A stretch of 64,000 nucleotides of DNA from an uncultured Chthonomonadaceae bacterium (GTDB taxonomy: Bacteria > Armatimonadota > Chthonomonadetes > Chthonomonadales > Chthonomonadaceae), in NCBI GenBank assembly GCA_963817895.1, contig CAWFQB010000003.1:512001-576000 (forward strand). The letters are read 5' to 3'. Shown piece after piece: positions 50,450-60,232 of the stretch. Under the pieces are notes generated by a model. It searched no databases, was not told the origin of the DNA, and saw nothing but the letters and a program-made list of their open reading frames with translations. The stretch's first letter is position 1; the number at the start of each line of letters is the position of its first letter. The translations under genes were made by a program, and so were the position numbers.

Positions 50450-50698
50450 ATGCGCCTGCTCTGGCGGCTAATTTCGTTTTCGCTTTGCTGGCTGCTTGCG
50501 GTCAATCCCGTTTTTGCCTGCCCGCTGTGCAATACCGCAACGGGCAAACTGGTGCGTGAAGCCGTTTTTAACCGGCATTTCGGCGTCAATCTGCTGCTTG
50601 TCCTCGCGCCTTTCCCCGTCTGCCTGCTGATTGGCGTCTGTTTGTACTACGGCTTTCCCGTTCGCAAGTCGGCCTCGAAATCTGTCCGAGCAGATTGA
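50450..50698 (+). CDS. Small membrane protein with ACPLC motif
   Basis: SD GGAGG, signal-like N-terminus, CxxC and a TM helix. Confidence 0.7.
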   Translation: MRLLWRLISFSLCWLLAVNPVFACPLCNTATGKLVREAVFNRHFGVNLLLVLAPFPVCLLIGVCLYYGFPVRKSASKSVRAD

Positions 50699-50753
50699 AC
50701 TCTTTCCCCCGCGCGGGCGTATTTCTCACCAAACTGCCTGAAAGAGAAATCCA

Positions 50754-51287
50754 TTGCCGGAACCAACAAAGAACACTGAAGTTAATATTCGCCCGCTGAC
50801 GGCTGCCGCCACATTCCTCGGTATCGGCATGGGTGGCTTTGTGGACGGCATTGTCTTCCATCAGATACTACAGCTTCACAATATGCTGTCCGCCAAAGTG
50901 GTACGGGATACGCTTGTAAATGTGGAAACCAATATGGTGTGGGACGGCCTGTTTCACGCCTTTTGCTGGCTGACGGTCATGTTGGGAGTTGCGATGCTGT
51001 GGCGGGCGGGGCAAAAGCCTGAAGTCCCCTGATCAACTCGCGCTCTGGTTGGCGGCATGATACTGGGGTGGGGCGTGTTCAATCTGGTAGAAGGATTTAT
51101 AGACCATCACCTTCTTCAACTTCACCATGTCATCGAGCGGCTCGGGTTATCTATGGCGGACTATCTGTTCCTGCTTTCCGGCGTGATTTTCATTCTTGTC
51201 GGTCGGGCCTTGATACGCGGCGCAAGCCGCGATACTCCTGCAAGTCATCCCGCTCCTGGCGCGCGCATGGGAACGGCAGGAGAGTAG
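50754..51287 (+). pseudogene. DUF2243 membrane protein with an in-frame TGA at 51030-51032
   Basis: GFVDGIVFHQILQLHNM, WDGLFHA and GWGVFNLVEG..DHHLL.LHHV are all in one frame either side of the stop. Confidence 0.8.
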
Positions 51288-51408
51288 CGTTCCAATTGTG
51301 CAACACGCTGTTGCACAATTGCCTCAATCAGTCATGACTTGACAAATCATTGCGGCTATCGCAGTTTATGCTGTGGAATGCAGCGGGGCAGGAAATTCGC
51401 GGCGTATA

Positions 51409-52155
51409 TCAGTGGCCTGTACTCACGACTTTTTCCGCCTTTGCCATCTCATTTTGGGTGGTTTTCCGAATGGCGTAAACCATTACCCCAAGCGTTGCGC
51501 CCGGCTTTGCGTTCGTATGACAGCTCAAACATTCGGACTTTGCGGCGCGCACCGGGCGCATCAGCACATCCCAAGAACCATACTCCATGCGATGTTCTTT
51601 GCCTGCCATCATCTGCGGCAGAACCGTAATCGCTTTGTTCTCAATACCCTCTCGATCAAACTTCTCCATTTTTTCTACTTCCGGGTGAATAGAAGCCGAA
51701 TTATAGTCCCAATCCGGCGCAATTTGCTGCTGATTGAAGTACAACAGCTGTAGCTTGGGCGTCACGCGGTAAGCCAGATGGTCCGGTTTGGGAGCGCAAT
51801 GCAGCAGGCTGATGGCATAATCTCGGTTCGCCGCGTTGACGTTTGCAATCCGTTCTTTTTCTTCAGTCGTATCTACTTTCAGTTGTACAATGCCCGCATG
51901 CTTTCGATGTACAATCCGCATCGCGCCGAAGTTCTTGTCCCGCAGTATCTCAAAGCGGGGCTGAACATAAGCATCCAAAGCGTCTGCAACTTGCATCGGA
52001 GAATTCAGCGCTTGTGTTGGCATTGCAGGGGAGGCCAGCACCGACCCGGGAAGCTGGTATCTCCAGGCGTCAAAGGACATTTTGCCACAGCAGGAGCCAA
52101 TCAGCAAAATGGGCAGCAAAACACACCCGGACAGCGCTCGTTTTACGTTCGACAT
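51409..52155 (-). CDS. Exported c-type haem protein, DUF3365-like
   Basis: RPV...CLSCH.....G..LG motif near the C-terminus and a hydrophobic N-terminus. Confidence 0.7.
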   Translation of the reverse strand: MSNVKRALSGCVLLPILLIGSCCGKMSFDAWRYQLPGSVLASPAMPTQALNSPMQVADALDAYVQPRFEILRDKNFGAMRIVHRKHAGIVQLKVDTTEEKERIANVNAANRDYAISLLHCAPKPDHLAYRVTPKLQLLYFNQQQIAPDWDYNSASIHPEVEKMEKFDREGIENKAITVLPQMMAGKEHRMEYGSWDVLMRPVRAAKSECLSCHTNAKPGATLGVMVYAIRKTTQNEMAKAEKVVSTGH

Positions 52156-52270
52156 GGTAGTTTTCTTTCTTACCTGCGATTCAGATACACGTCAGTCGCG
52201 TACAATCCGAAACAATGAACAAGCAAGCAAATCAAGCCACCTCCGCAATTTTGTTGCGCTTCCTTAACGG

Positions 52271-53209
52271 TTAATTCGCGGCTTCTACGGCGGCAATGCG
52301 ATCCGCCAGAATGTCGGCCAGCTTTGCCGAACGGCCCAGATACCCTCCCATCGCAAACGTGACCTGCGGATATTGCGTTTGCGCGGCTTCCAGCAGGGTC
52401 GGCAAATCGTCCGCGACATGGGTTCCCGTATGCAGGAAGTACGGGACGGCAACCACGCTCTTCGCCCCCTGCGCGACACATGTTGCAATCGCTGCGGGAA
52501 TGTCCGGCGCATTACACTCCATAAACCCGACTTCCACAATCGGAAACACGCCCCGTTCGCGTATAACTTCCACCACGCGGAACATCTCCGTATTGGCAAT
52601 CGGACGCGGGCTGCCGTGAACGAGGACAAGCAGGGATAAGGGATAAGGGGTAAGGGATAAGAAATTTTTAGTTGATAGCGCCTCTTCTTGTATCTTGTAT
52701 CTCGTATCTTGTATCTCTTCCTTATCCCTTATCCCTTCCCTCTTATCCCTTCCTGCCGGGCATTTCTCCCCACCAAAAAGCGGGCAATCGGGGTTGGCGC
52801 GGCAGAAGCGTGGGGCGCGGTCGAGGTCTTCGCGCCATTGTTCAGAGCCGAAGGGACTGTGGGCGCTGTCCACAAGCGCGTCGGCGAGGCGGGTGTCGAA
52901 ACCGAGCGCGTCCGCAACGACAAAAGTGACGTTGGGGTGCGCCGCCTGCGCCGCCTGAACCGCGCGGGGCAAATCCACCTTGACGAACTTGCCGGGAATG
53001 AGAAAGTAGGGCGCGACCACAATGCGCGTCGCGCCCTGCGCCACCACGTTCGCAACCGTGTCGGCGAACGGGGGCGTGGAGTAGTTGAGATAGCCGACTT
53101 CTACAATCGGGGCAATGCCGCGTTCCCGCAACCGCAGCGCGTGAACCTTCAACGCCTCGCCCGCCCCGCACAACAGCGACCCATGCGAAAACAAAATAAC
53201 CGCGTTCAT
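52271..53209 (-). CDS. Sirohydrochlorin chelatase (CbiX/SirB), two-domain
   Basis: ILFSHGS and LVHGS, VAPYFL and VPYFLHTGTHVADDLP; Cys-containing linker with a repeat-derived insert. Confidence 0.9.
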   Translation of the reverse strand: MNAVILFSHGSLLCGAGEALKVHALRLRERGIAPIVEVGYLNYSTPPFADTVANVVAQGATRIVVAPYFLIPGKFVKVDLPRAVQAAQAAHPNVTFVVADALGFDTRLADALVDSAHSPFGSEQWREDLDRAPRFCRANPDCPLFGGEKCPAGRDKREGIRDKEEIQDTRYKIQEEALSTKNFLSLTPYPLSLLVLVHGSPRPIANTEMFRVVEVIRERGVFPIVEVGFMECNAPDIPAAIATCVAQGAKSVVAVPYFLHTGTHVADDLPTLLEAAQTQYPQVTFAMGGYLGRSAKLADILADRIAAVEAAN

Positions 53210-53232
53210 AAAGTTTACCACCCGCTACGCTA

Positions 53233-53330
53233 GAGACACAGAGAAAGACAAGGAGAAGAGGAGATAGGGAGACAAGGAGATGGATAATACGTGTTCTCCT
53301 TGTCTCCTCTTCTCCCTATCTCCTTGTCTT
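53233..53330. repeat. Purine-arm/pyrimidine-arm octamer tandem-repeat hairpin
   Basis: GACAAGGAGAAGAGGAGATAGGGAGACAAGGAGA ... TCTCCTTGTCTCCTCTTCTCCCTATCTCCTTGTC. Confidence 0.8.
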
Positions 53331-53335
53331 GTTGT

Positions 53336-54850
53336 TCAGACGGCAAGGAGTTGCAGGCGTTCGCCGCTGGTCTGCTCTACGTCGGCGTGGAGGCTGCCTC
53401 CCCAACTGTCCATTGTGACAACGGCGACGAAGTTCTGCGCGTTGAGATGCCACAGGGCTTCGGGGACGCCGAACTCTTCCAGAAAGTCTACGCCGGTCAC
53501 ATCGGTAATCTTATCGGCATAGAATTGCGCCGCGCCGCCAATCGCATTGAGATAGACCGCGCCCACTTCCTGCAAGCCCTGCGAAGTTTTCTTGCCCATG
53601 CCGCCCTTGCCGATAACCGCGCGGACGCCGAACTTGCGCAGAATGTCGGCCTGATAGGGTTCTTCGCGGATACTGGTTGTCGGGCCTGCCGCTTTGACGT
53701 GCCATTTGCCGTCCTCGTCCTTGAGCATAACCGGGCCGCAGTGGTAAATAATCTGGCCGTTCAGATCTACGGGCGAGTCGTGGGCGGACAGATATTTATG
53801 CAGGGCGTCGCGTCCCGTGTACATCGGGCCGCTGAGAATTACCACATCTCCGACATGCAGTTGCCGAACATCCGCTTCCGAAAGCGGCGTTGTCAGGCGG
53901 AATTCGCGCCCGGTTGTCGGGATACCTTCGGCTTCGGCCATGCGGGCAGGGTTCTCGTCGCGGAACAGCCAATTGTTGATAGCCCCGCTTGTCGCGTCGA
54001 GATGAACGCCCAAACGCCGGTACGCCCAACAGTTATACGCTACAGATACAAAGAACGACGCGGGAAGCCGATTCAACGCGCCGATTTTACAGCCGAGCAG
54101 GGTAACGCCGCCGCCAAACCCCATGGTTCCGATTCCCAATTGGTCGGCATGCGCCATGACCTTGCTTTCCAGTTCGGCAAGAGTGGGGTCGGGGTTGGTG
54201 TCTTCCACATCGCGGAACAGTTGGTCTTTCGCGCCCGCGTAGCCGCTCGTCCGGTCTCCGCCCACGCACACGCCCAAAAATCCCGCGCTGCATCCCTGCC
54301 CCTGCGCCTGCCAGATAGAATGGAGGATGCACTTGTATACGCCCTCGATGTCGCGCCCCGCTTTGCCGACGTGTTCCAGTTCGGCGGGCAGGGAATACTG
54401 AACGTTTTTGTTTTCGCAGCCGCCGCCTTTGAGAAGGAGCAGCACTTCGATCTCGTCGCGCTCCCACTGCTCAAAGTGGATGACCGGCGTTCCCGGCCCT
54501 AAATTCAGGCCGGAGTTTTTGCCGGTAATGCTGTCCACACTGTTGGGGCGCAGTTTGCCCCGCCGCGTGGCCTCAGCAATGGCTTCCTGAATGGCTTTGC
54601 GAATCTCAATCTGGTTTGTGCCGACGGGCGTATGGACGTGAAACGTGGGCATGCCCGTATCCTGACAGATGGGCGAAACGTTGTCTTTCGCCATGTCCAC
54701 GTTAAGGCTGATGATTTGCAATGCCTGCTTTGCCTGCGTGTCCGGCTGTTCGCGTTTGTTGGCGCGAGCAAGAGCGCGGCGCACATCGGCGGGCAGGTTT
54801 GTAGCGGTCTCTGTAATCAGTTGCAGCAGGCTGTCGCGCAGTTGTTCCAT
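53336..54850 (-). CDS. Fumarate hydratase class I (Fe-S)
   Basis: ICQDTG, KGGGCEN, TGRD, HCGPV, AGPTTS and IGKGG. Confidence 0.95.
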   Translation of the reverse strand: MEQLRDSLLQLITETATNLPADVRRALARANKREQPDTQAKQALQIISLNVDMAKDNVSPICQDTGMPTFHVHTPVGTNQIEIRKAIQEAIAEATRRGKLRPNSVDSITGKNSGLNLGPGTPVIHFEQWERDEIEVLLLLKGGGCENKNVQYSLPAELEHVGKAGRDIEGVYKCILHSIWQAQGQGCSAGFLGVCVGGDRTSGYAGAKDQLFRDVEDTNPDPTLAELESKVMAHADQLGIGTMGFGGGVTLLGCKIGALNRLPASFFVSVAYNCWAYRRLGVHLDATSGAINNWLFRDENPARMAEAEGIPTTGREFRLTTPLSEADVRQLHVGDVVILSGPMYTGRDALHKYLSAHDSPVDLNGQIIYHCGPVMLKDEDGKWHVKAAGPTTSIREEPYQADILRKFGVRAVIGKGGMGKKTSQGLQEVGAVYLNAIGGAAQFYADKITDVTGVDFLEEFGVPEALWHLNAQNFVAVVTMDSWGGSLHADVEQTSGERLQLLAV

Positions 54851-54965
54851 AATATGTGTTCCTTGCGGGTTGAAGTGTTGGCTTATACTTTATTGTACCG
54901 CAACGCAGGCAATTCGGCAGGCGGAGTGCAGCAATATGCTTGCCGAACCGGGAATCATGAACGTA

Positions 54966-54994
54966 TTGACTGCAAGGCCGATATGCTGTAAAAT
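54966..54994 (+). promoter_or_regulatory. sigma70 promoter
   Basis: TTGACT-17-TAAAAT upstream of ORF 55033. Confidence 0.55.
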
Positions 54995-55032
54995 GGCGTA
55001 TAGAATGTTTATAACGTATAGGAGCAACCCTG

Positions 55033-55257
55033 ATGACCGTTACGCTGGAATTGACAAAGGAAGACGAGGATACACTGGCAATCGCCGCCGCGAAAGAGGG
55101 GCTGGAACCGCGCGATTACCTGTTGCATCTGGTGCGCCAACTGCCGACAGCGCAAAACAAACGCGAGTTGCGCGGTTATGGAATGTTGGCGCATCTTGGC
55201 GCGACGGTCGAAGAGTTTCATCAAGAGCGTCAGGAAGACCGCGTTCGCGAGATATGA
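55033..55257 (+). CDS. Small antitoxin-like protein with no adjacent toxin
   Basis: MTVTLELT.E.E..L...A..EGL pattern and EF..ERQED tail; SD AGGAG. Confidence 0.6.
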   Translation: MTVTLELTKEDEDTLAIAAAKEGLEPRDYLLHLVRQLPTAQNKRELRGYGMLAHLGATVEEFHQERQEDRVREI

Positions 55258-55300
55258 GGGGAGGGTGCAGAAAACTGACTACCACAATTCATATTAAGGA

Positions 55301-55341
55301 AGCAAGGAACAGGTAATGTGCCTGTTCCTTGCTTTTTGTTT
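55301..55341. terminator. Intrinsic terminator
   Basis: AGCAAGGAACAGG-taatgtg-CCTGTTCCTTGCT-TTTTGTTT. Confidence 0.75.
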
Positions 55342-55372
55342 GCCGCAGCAGATGTAGAATTACCCTGAAGTG

Positions 55373-55603
55373 TCAGTTGCCGCTGTCGGTTTCCGCGCCT
55401 GTGCCGGATGTGCCTGTATCGGCGGTGTTGTTCGGGTCGTTGAGGAGGTCTACAATCTGGTTGAGCGTGTCCTCACTGATATGGTCTGTCGGCTGCTGTG
55501 ACGCGCCCGCAAGATTGGGGAGCAGACGTTGCAGCGTTTCGCGGCTGATGTTCAATTCCTGTGACGCTTCATCCAGCGTGTACGTGCGTTTGGGTTGATC
55601 CAT
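55373..55603 (-). CDS. Small HTH (MerR/excisionase-like) protein
   Basis: YTLDEASQELNISRETLQR. Confidence 0.6.
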   Translation of the reverse strand: MDQPKRTYTLDEASQELNISRETLQRLLPNLAGASQQPTDHISEDTLNQIVDLLNDPNNTADTGTSGTGAETDSGN

Positions 55604-55774
55604 GAGAATGTTTCCTTGATTGCCGCGCTTCGCATCCCGGTGTCGAGCGGCAAACGACTCTGTTGAATTAATAGAGCGCGTTCGGGTTGCGTTCTTCTAT
55701 ACTACAAGAACGGAGAAACAGGCGAGAGGTTCCCGGCATTGCGCAGGAAACGGGCCTGTATTGAGAGAATCTAA

Positions 55775-56917
55775 CTCACCTTACGCAGGCGAGCAGTTTG
55801 TAGTCACAGATTTGCTGTTGTTGACGGTAGAATAGTGTCATGGACAAACAACTTCTGGACCTTTACTCAGACTATCTCCTTTGTTCGTTCGGCCTGACTA
55901 CCGCGACGGGCCTTTCCACCCTGCTCGACGGCGCGATTAGCCACGACAAGATCACGCGGTTCTTGTCAGGACGTGACTTCACTTCTTCGGACCTGTGGCA
56001 TCTGGTCAAACCCTTGGTACGGCAGGTACAATGTGAAGACGCAGTTCTGGTCTTCGATGACAGCATCGAAGAAAAACTCTATACGGATGAAAGCGAACTC
56101 ATTTGCTGGCATTGGGATCATTGCTTCAACCGCAACGTGAAGGGCATCAACATTCTGACCTGTTTGTATCGTCGCGCCCACTGCCGCTCTGCCCGTTGCC
56201 TTCGAGTTGATCCAAAAGTCGGCTTGGGAAACGCATAAGAAGACGGGCAAACCCAAGCGAGTGTGTCCCAAGACCAAGAACGAATACCTGCGCGAGATGG
56301 TGGCGCAATGTCAGAAGAACCAATTGCCTTTTCGCTATGTCCTGGCCGACGCTTGGTTCAGCGCGGCAGAAACGATGATGCACCTCAAAAACGAAGGCAA
56401 AACCGACTTTATCTTCCCGATTAAGGCCAACCGCAAGGTGGCTTTGTCCCAGGAAGACAAGTTGGCAGGCCGCTATATGCCCGTATCCTCGCTTTGCTGC
56501 GAAGCGGACGCCGTATTGAACATCTGGCTGGAGGGGGTAAACTTCCCCCTTCTGCTGTGTAAGCAGGTCTTTACAAACAAGGACGGCAGCCAGGGCGTTC
56601 TCTATCTCGTGACGAGTGACACGACGTTAAGCGGTTGCGACATCCAGACGATCTACCAAAAACGGTGGAAAGTGGAAGAGTATCACAAATCGGTCAAGAG
56701 CAATGCGAGTTTCGCCAAGTCGCCGACCAAAACTATTCGGACCCAGAGCAACCATATCTTCGCCTGTTTATGGGCGTATGTGAAGTTGGAAAGTCTGCGT
56801 TTGCAGACGCGCTTGAACCATTTTGCGATGAAAGGCAGGCTCTACAAAGCGGCCCTTGCCAGCGCCTACCGCGAACTACAACTGCTCAAAGGCATGAGTG
56901 CGCCTGCGTAAGGTGAG
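55775..56917 (+). mobile_element. IS701-family insertion sequence
   Basis: Perfect 17-bp TIRs CTCACCTTACGCAGGCG / CGCCTGCGTAAGGTGAG; flanks AATCTAA / AATTTAA form an imperfect direct repeat. Confidence 0.88.
55840..56911 (+). CDS. IS701-family DDE transposase (frameshift near 56170)
   Basis: SHDKITRFL, FDDSIEEK, LADAWF and YQKRWKVEEYHKSVK. Confidence 0.9.
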
Positions 56918-56929
56918 AATTTAACCGGC

Positions 56930-59242
56930 ATGGAAAACAACATTGTTCCCGCAGGGGAAACCACGCTCGCCGCTTTTACGCCGCTCACGCTGAAAGCTAT
57001 CTACGAAGACAAGATTTTCGACGCCAAATATCTACGCCAGCCGCATTGGATGAAGGATAGCAGGCGTTTCTGTTTTCTGGACGCCCTGCCCAAAACAGAA
57101 ATTGTCACCGTCTGGATGTACGACATGGACAAGGGCGAACGCGCCCCGCTCATTTTTGCCGACGCACTGAAAATCAACAGCAAAGTCAACGGCGAAACAC
57201 AAAACGGAAGCGAACCGGGCGAAACACCGGAAGCGACAGAAGAAGCAACGCTCATCATTCACGGCTATCAGTGGTCGCCGGACGAAACGCGCCTGCTGTT
57301 GGCGCGCCTGCCGCGCCCGCACGAATCGGAACCGGATAAAGCGCTGTACGTCTACACGCCCGCGATACAAACATTGGAATGTGTCGCGCAAACCGAGCAG
57401 GAGTACCGCAACGTCAAATGGTCGCCCGACGGCAAATCGTTGGGCTATGTGAAGGCCGATAACCTGTACCTGCTCGATCTGAAAACCAAAACGGAAACGC
57501 GCCTCACGGATACTGCCACATCAAGCCTGTACAATGGGCGTTTCGGGTGGGTGATTGAGGAGGAACTCGATCTGGTGGATGGCTGGGCATGGTCGCCGGA
57601 CGGCAAATGGATCGCGTATTGCGAGTGCGACGAGAGCGCGGTTCCGCTTATGCCTCTAACCCGCTACGAAACCCTGCATCTGGAACCCGAATTGCAGCGC
57701 TATCCCAAAGCCGGCGATCCGAACCCGGTAGTTCGCGTTGGCCTCATCAACGTGGAAGACCGACAAGGAGACAAGGAGAAAAGGAGAAAAGGAGAAGAGG
57801 AGGCACAAGCGGCAATCGGCAATCGGCAATCGGCAATTTCCTCCCCTCTCCCCTCTCCCCTCTCCCCTCTATGGCTTGATGCCGGCTCGCATGCCGACAT
57901 TTATATTGCCGGGTTTCAGTGGACGCCGGATAATCAACTGCTCGTACAGCGGATTCCGCGTTTGCAGAACCGTTTGGATTTGCTGCGCTTTGATCCGAAT
58001 ACGGGTGAAAGCACACTGCTTTTGACGGAAACGGATGCGGCGTGGGTGGATGCGCGGGGCGCGATTTCTTTTGTAGGGGATACGGGCGAGTGGCTGTGGC
58101 CTTCGGACAGGGACGGCTACAACCATCTGTATTTGTACGACCGTGACGGCAATCTGCTGCGGCAAGTGACGAGCGGGGCGTGGGATGTGGGCGCTCCGCT
58201 CGGCGTGGACACGGAGCAACGGACGGCGTTTTTCAGCGCGGCGCGGCACGGAGTTCAGACGCGAGAGGTCTGGTCGGTAGCGCTGGACGGCGGTGAACCG
58301 GCGCAAATCTGGTCGTGCAGAGGTTCGCAGGGCGCGTTGTTTTCCCCGGATGGCAATCGGATGCTCAGTACCGTTTCGTCGCGTTCCCACCCGCCACAAA
58401 CCGATTTGCGGCAGGCGGACGGTACTCTCGTCGCGCCCATTCTCGACAATCCACTTCCGCAACGGGAACCCTTCCGCGCCGGATTGGGCAAATGGGCGTT
58501 TACTCCCATCCAACTGGAAGAGGGGTTGATGCTGAACGCTATGCTGATGTGGCCGCCCGATCTCGAACCGGGGCGTAAATACCCGGTTCTGATGTACACG
58601 TATGGCGGGCCGAACTCGCAGGTGGTATCGGATATGTGGGGCAGCCGCATGGGGCTGGAACAGTTTCTGTCGCAGCAGGGGTACATTCTCGCGCTTGTGG
58701 ATGGGCGGGGTTCGGGGATGCGGGGGCGCGACTTCAAGAAGTGTACCTATCTCAACTTAGGGCAATGCGAGGTGGAGGATCAGATTGCGGCAGCGAAGTG
58801 GCTGGCCGAGTTGCCGTATGTGGATGCAACCCGTATCGGCATCTGGGGCTGGAGTTACGGCGGCTATATGGCGAGTTTGTGCCTGCTGCGCGGGGCGGAC
58901 GTGTTCAAAACGGGCGTAGCGGTCGCGCCCGTGACGGATTGGAAACTCTACGACAGTATTTATACGGAACGCTACATGCGCCGCCCGGAAGACAACCCGG
59001 AAGGATACGCCAACTCCGGCCCGCTGGCTCATGCGGAAAAACTGAAGGGCAAGTTTCTGCTGATGCACGGACTAGACGACGACAACGTTCATTTCCAGAA
59101 CGCCGCGCAGCTTGCCGAGTTGTGGCAAAAGCACAACAAGCCCTTTCAAATGATGGTATATCCCGGCAAGCATCACGGGCTGGAGGGCGTCACGCAGCAC
59201 TGGGCGCAAACCTTCACCGACTTCATTCTGGCAAACCTGTAA
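56930..59242 (+). CDS. S9B peptidase, dipeptidyl-peptidase IV-like
   Basis: WSPDG propeller repeats, YPKAGDPNP, YGGP, GWSYGG, DDNVH and catalytic His. Confidence 0.95.
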   Translation: MENNIVPAGETTLAAFTPLTLKAIYEDKIFDAKYLRQPHWMKDSRRFCFLDALPKTEIVTVWMYDMDKGERAPLIFADALKINSKVNGETQNGSEPGETPEATEEATLIIHGYQWSPDETRLLLARLPRPHESEPDKALYVYTPAIQTLECVAQTEQEYRNVKWSPDGKSLGYVKADNLYLLDLKTKTETRLTDTATSSLYNGRFGWVIEEELDLVDGWAWSPDGKWIAYCECDESAVPLMPLTRYETLHLEPELQRYPKAGDPNPVVRVGLINVEDRQGDKEKRRKGEEEAQAAIGNRQSAISSPLPSPLSPLWLDAGSHADIYIAGFQWTPDNQLLVQRIPRLQNRLDLLRFDPNTGESTLLLTETDAAWVDARGAISFVGDTGEWLWPSDRDGYNHLYLYDRDGNLLRQVTSGAWDVGAPLGVDTEQRTAFFSAARHGVQTREVWSVALDGGEPAQIWSCRGSQGALFSPDGNRMLSTVSSRSHPPQTDLRQADGTLVAPILDNPLPQREPFRAGLGKWAFTPIQLEEGLMLNAMLMWPPDLEPGRKYPVLMYTYGGPNSQVVSDMWGSRMGLEQFLSQQGYILALVDGRGSGMRGRDFKKCTYLNLGQCEVEDQIAAAKWLAELPYVDATRIGIWGWSYGGYMASLCLLRGADVFKTGVAVAPVTDWKLYDSIYTERYMRRPEDNPEGYANSGPLAHAEKLKGKFLLMHGLDDDNVHFQNAAQLAELWQKHNKPFQMMVYPGKHHGLEGVTQHWAQTFTDFILANL

Positions 59243-60017
59243 CCTGTTCCGGCGCGTTTGTAGGTGGGCCGGAAGTCAGCAGGCTGTGGAGAAACGCGGC
59301 GTATTCGTCCTTCATCGGCAGTTCGGAATTGGCGACGATGCGTCGCCGTTCGGCAAGAACAGCATCCTGTGTAATGGGGTTGTAGCCCTCCTTTTCGTAA
59401 GTTTCCCAGTATAAACCCGTGCCGCGCTTCTGCCACGCGGGTAATTCGTTGAAGTTGATGCCATGCGCGAACAGCAGTTCGTTTTTGTCGGACTGGCTCG
59501 CGCCTTCCAGTCGGCGCGTCGCGTGTGATACGCTGCTTCCATTTTGGCGCAACGTCCAGTAGCACCAGCCGTTGAGGGCGCACCGGGCCGCGTCCGATTG
59601 CCGCCACCGGAAATAATCCACAACGCGGGCAACATCTACGCCCATCCATACCCGGCTGTCGAAGCAGGCCGGTTTGCCGCAGGCAAGGGAAAAGGTCGCG
59701 CCGGCAATGCTGGCGGACAGGCTGACCAGTTTTTCCACTTCGCGGTCGAACAGGTTCCAGTCAGGCGGAAAGCAGACAGAGATTTCGTCGCTTTCGGTAT
59801 ACGCATAAACGCCGTTCAGCTCTTCCAGCAGCGCGCGAGTTGTCGCCACCATAAAATCGCGAAAACGGGCGTCAAACGGCTTGTCGAAATACGTTTCCGT
59901 GAAGCGCGAGAAACTGCGCCCGTCCACGCGCAGAACCGTCCACGCGCCCGGAAGGAGGCACAGCGCGTGAAAAATCTCGCCCGCCCGCATTTTGGTTTCA
60001 AAGGCGTCGCTTTCCAT
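59223..60017 (-). CDS. tRNA(His) guanylyltransferase Thg1-like protein
   Basis: LRVDGRSFSRFT..FDKPFD, YTESDEIS, FDSR, YFRWRQ.D and GINFN.LP.WQKRG. Confidence 0.93.
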   Translation of the reverse strand: MESDAFETKMRAGEIFHALCLLPGAWTVLRVDGRSFSRFTETYFDKPFDARFRDFMVATTRALLEELNGVYAYTESDEISVCFPPDWNLFDREVEKLVSLSASIAGATFSLACGKPACFDSRVWMGVDVARVVDYFRWRQSDAARCALNGWCYWTLRQNGSSVSHATRRLEGASQSDKNELLFAHGINFNELPAWQKRGTGLYWETYEKEGYNPITQDAVLAERRRIVANSELPMKDEYAAFLHSLLTSGPPTNAPEQVTGLPE

Positions 60018-60232
60018 AAGCTATTCCCTGTATCTTCCTTTCCTTTTCATTGCGCGTGGAGGTTTGTCGGGTTAATGTTGTTTTCGCCAGCAACCACGCA
60101 GGAACAAAGACAGGACGCATGGGCGGGAAGTTACAGGCGATACGCCTACGGTTGAGAGGAACGCAACCCGTATCTTCCCGCGTACAAATCAGAGCGTATG
60201 CAAACTCGCGGAATGGGAAAGGAGGCAGGCAG

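Noticed and set aside
51030..51060. Selenocysteine recoding of the DUF2243 TGA
   Set aside because: The position corresponds to a likely Trp, not Cys, and no SECIS-like hairpin is evident downstream.
53291..54502. Long opposite-strand ORFs (also 41616-42839, 23400-24599, 36413-37483, 62908-63939)
   Set aside because: They are antisense shadows of well-supported genes in GC-rich DNA, with no recognisable motifs.
55373..55603. Excisionase marking a prophage or ICE boundary
   Set aside because: No integrase, att-like repeat or phage genes nearby.
56160..56210. Programmed -1 frameshift in the IS transposase
   Set aside because: No slippery A-run at the switch, and IS701-family transposases are normally single ORFs. 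An indel error or decay is more likely.
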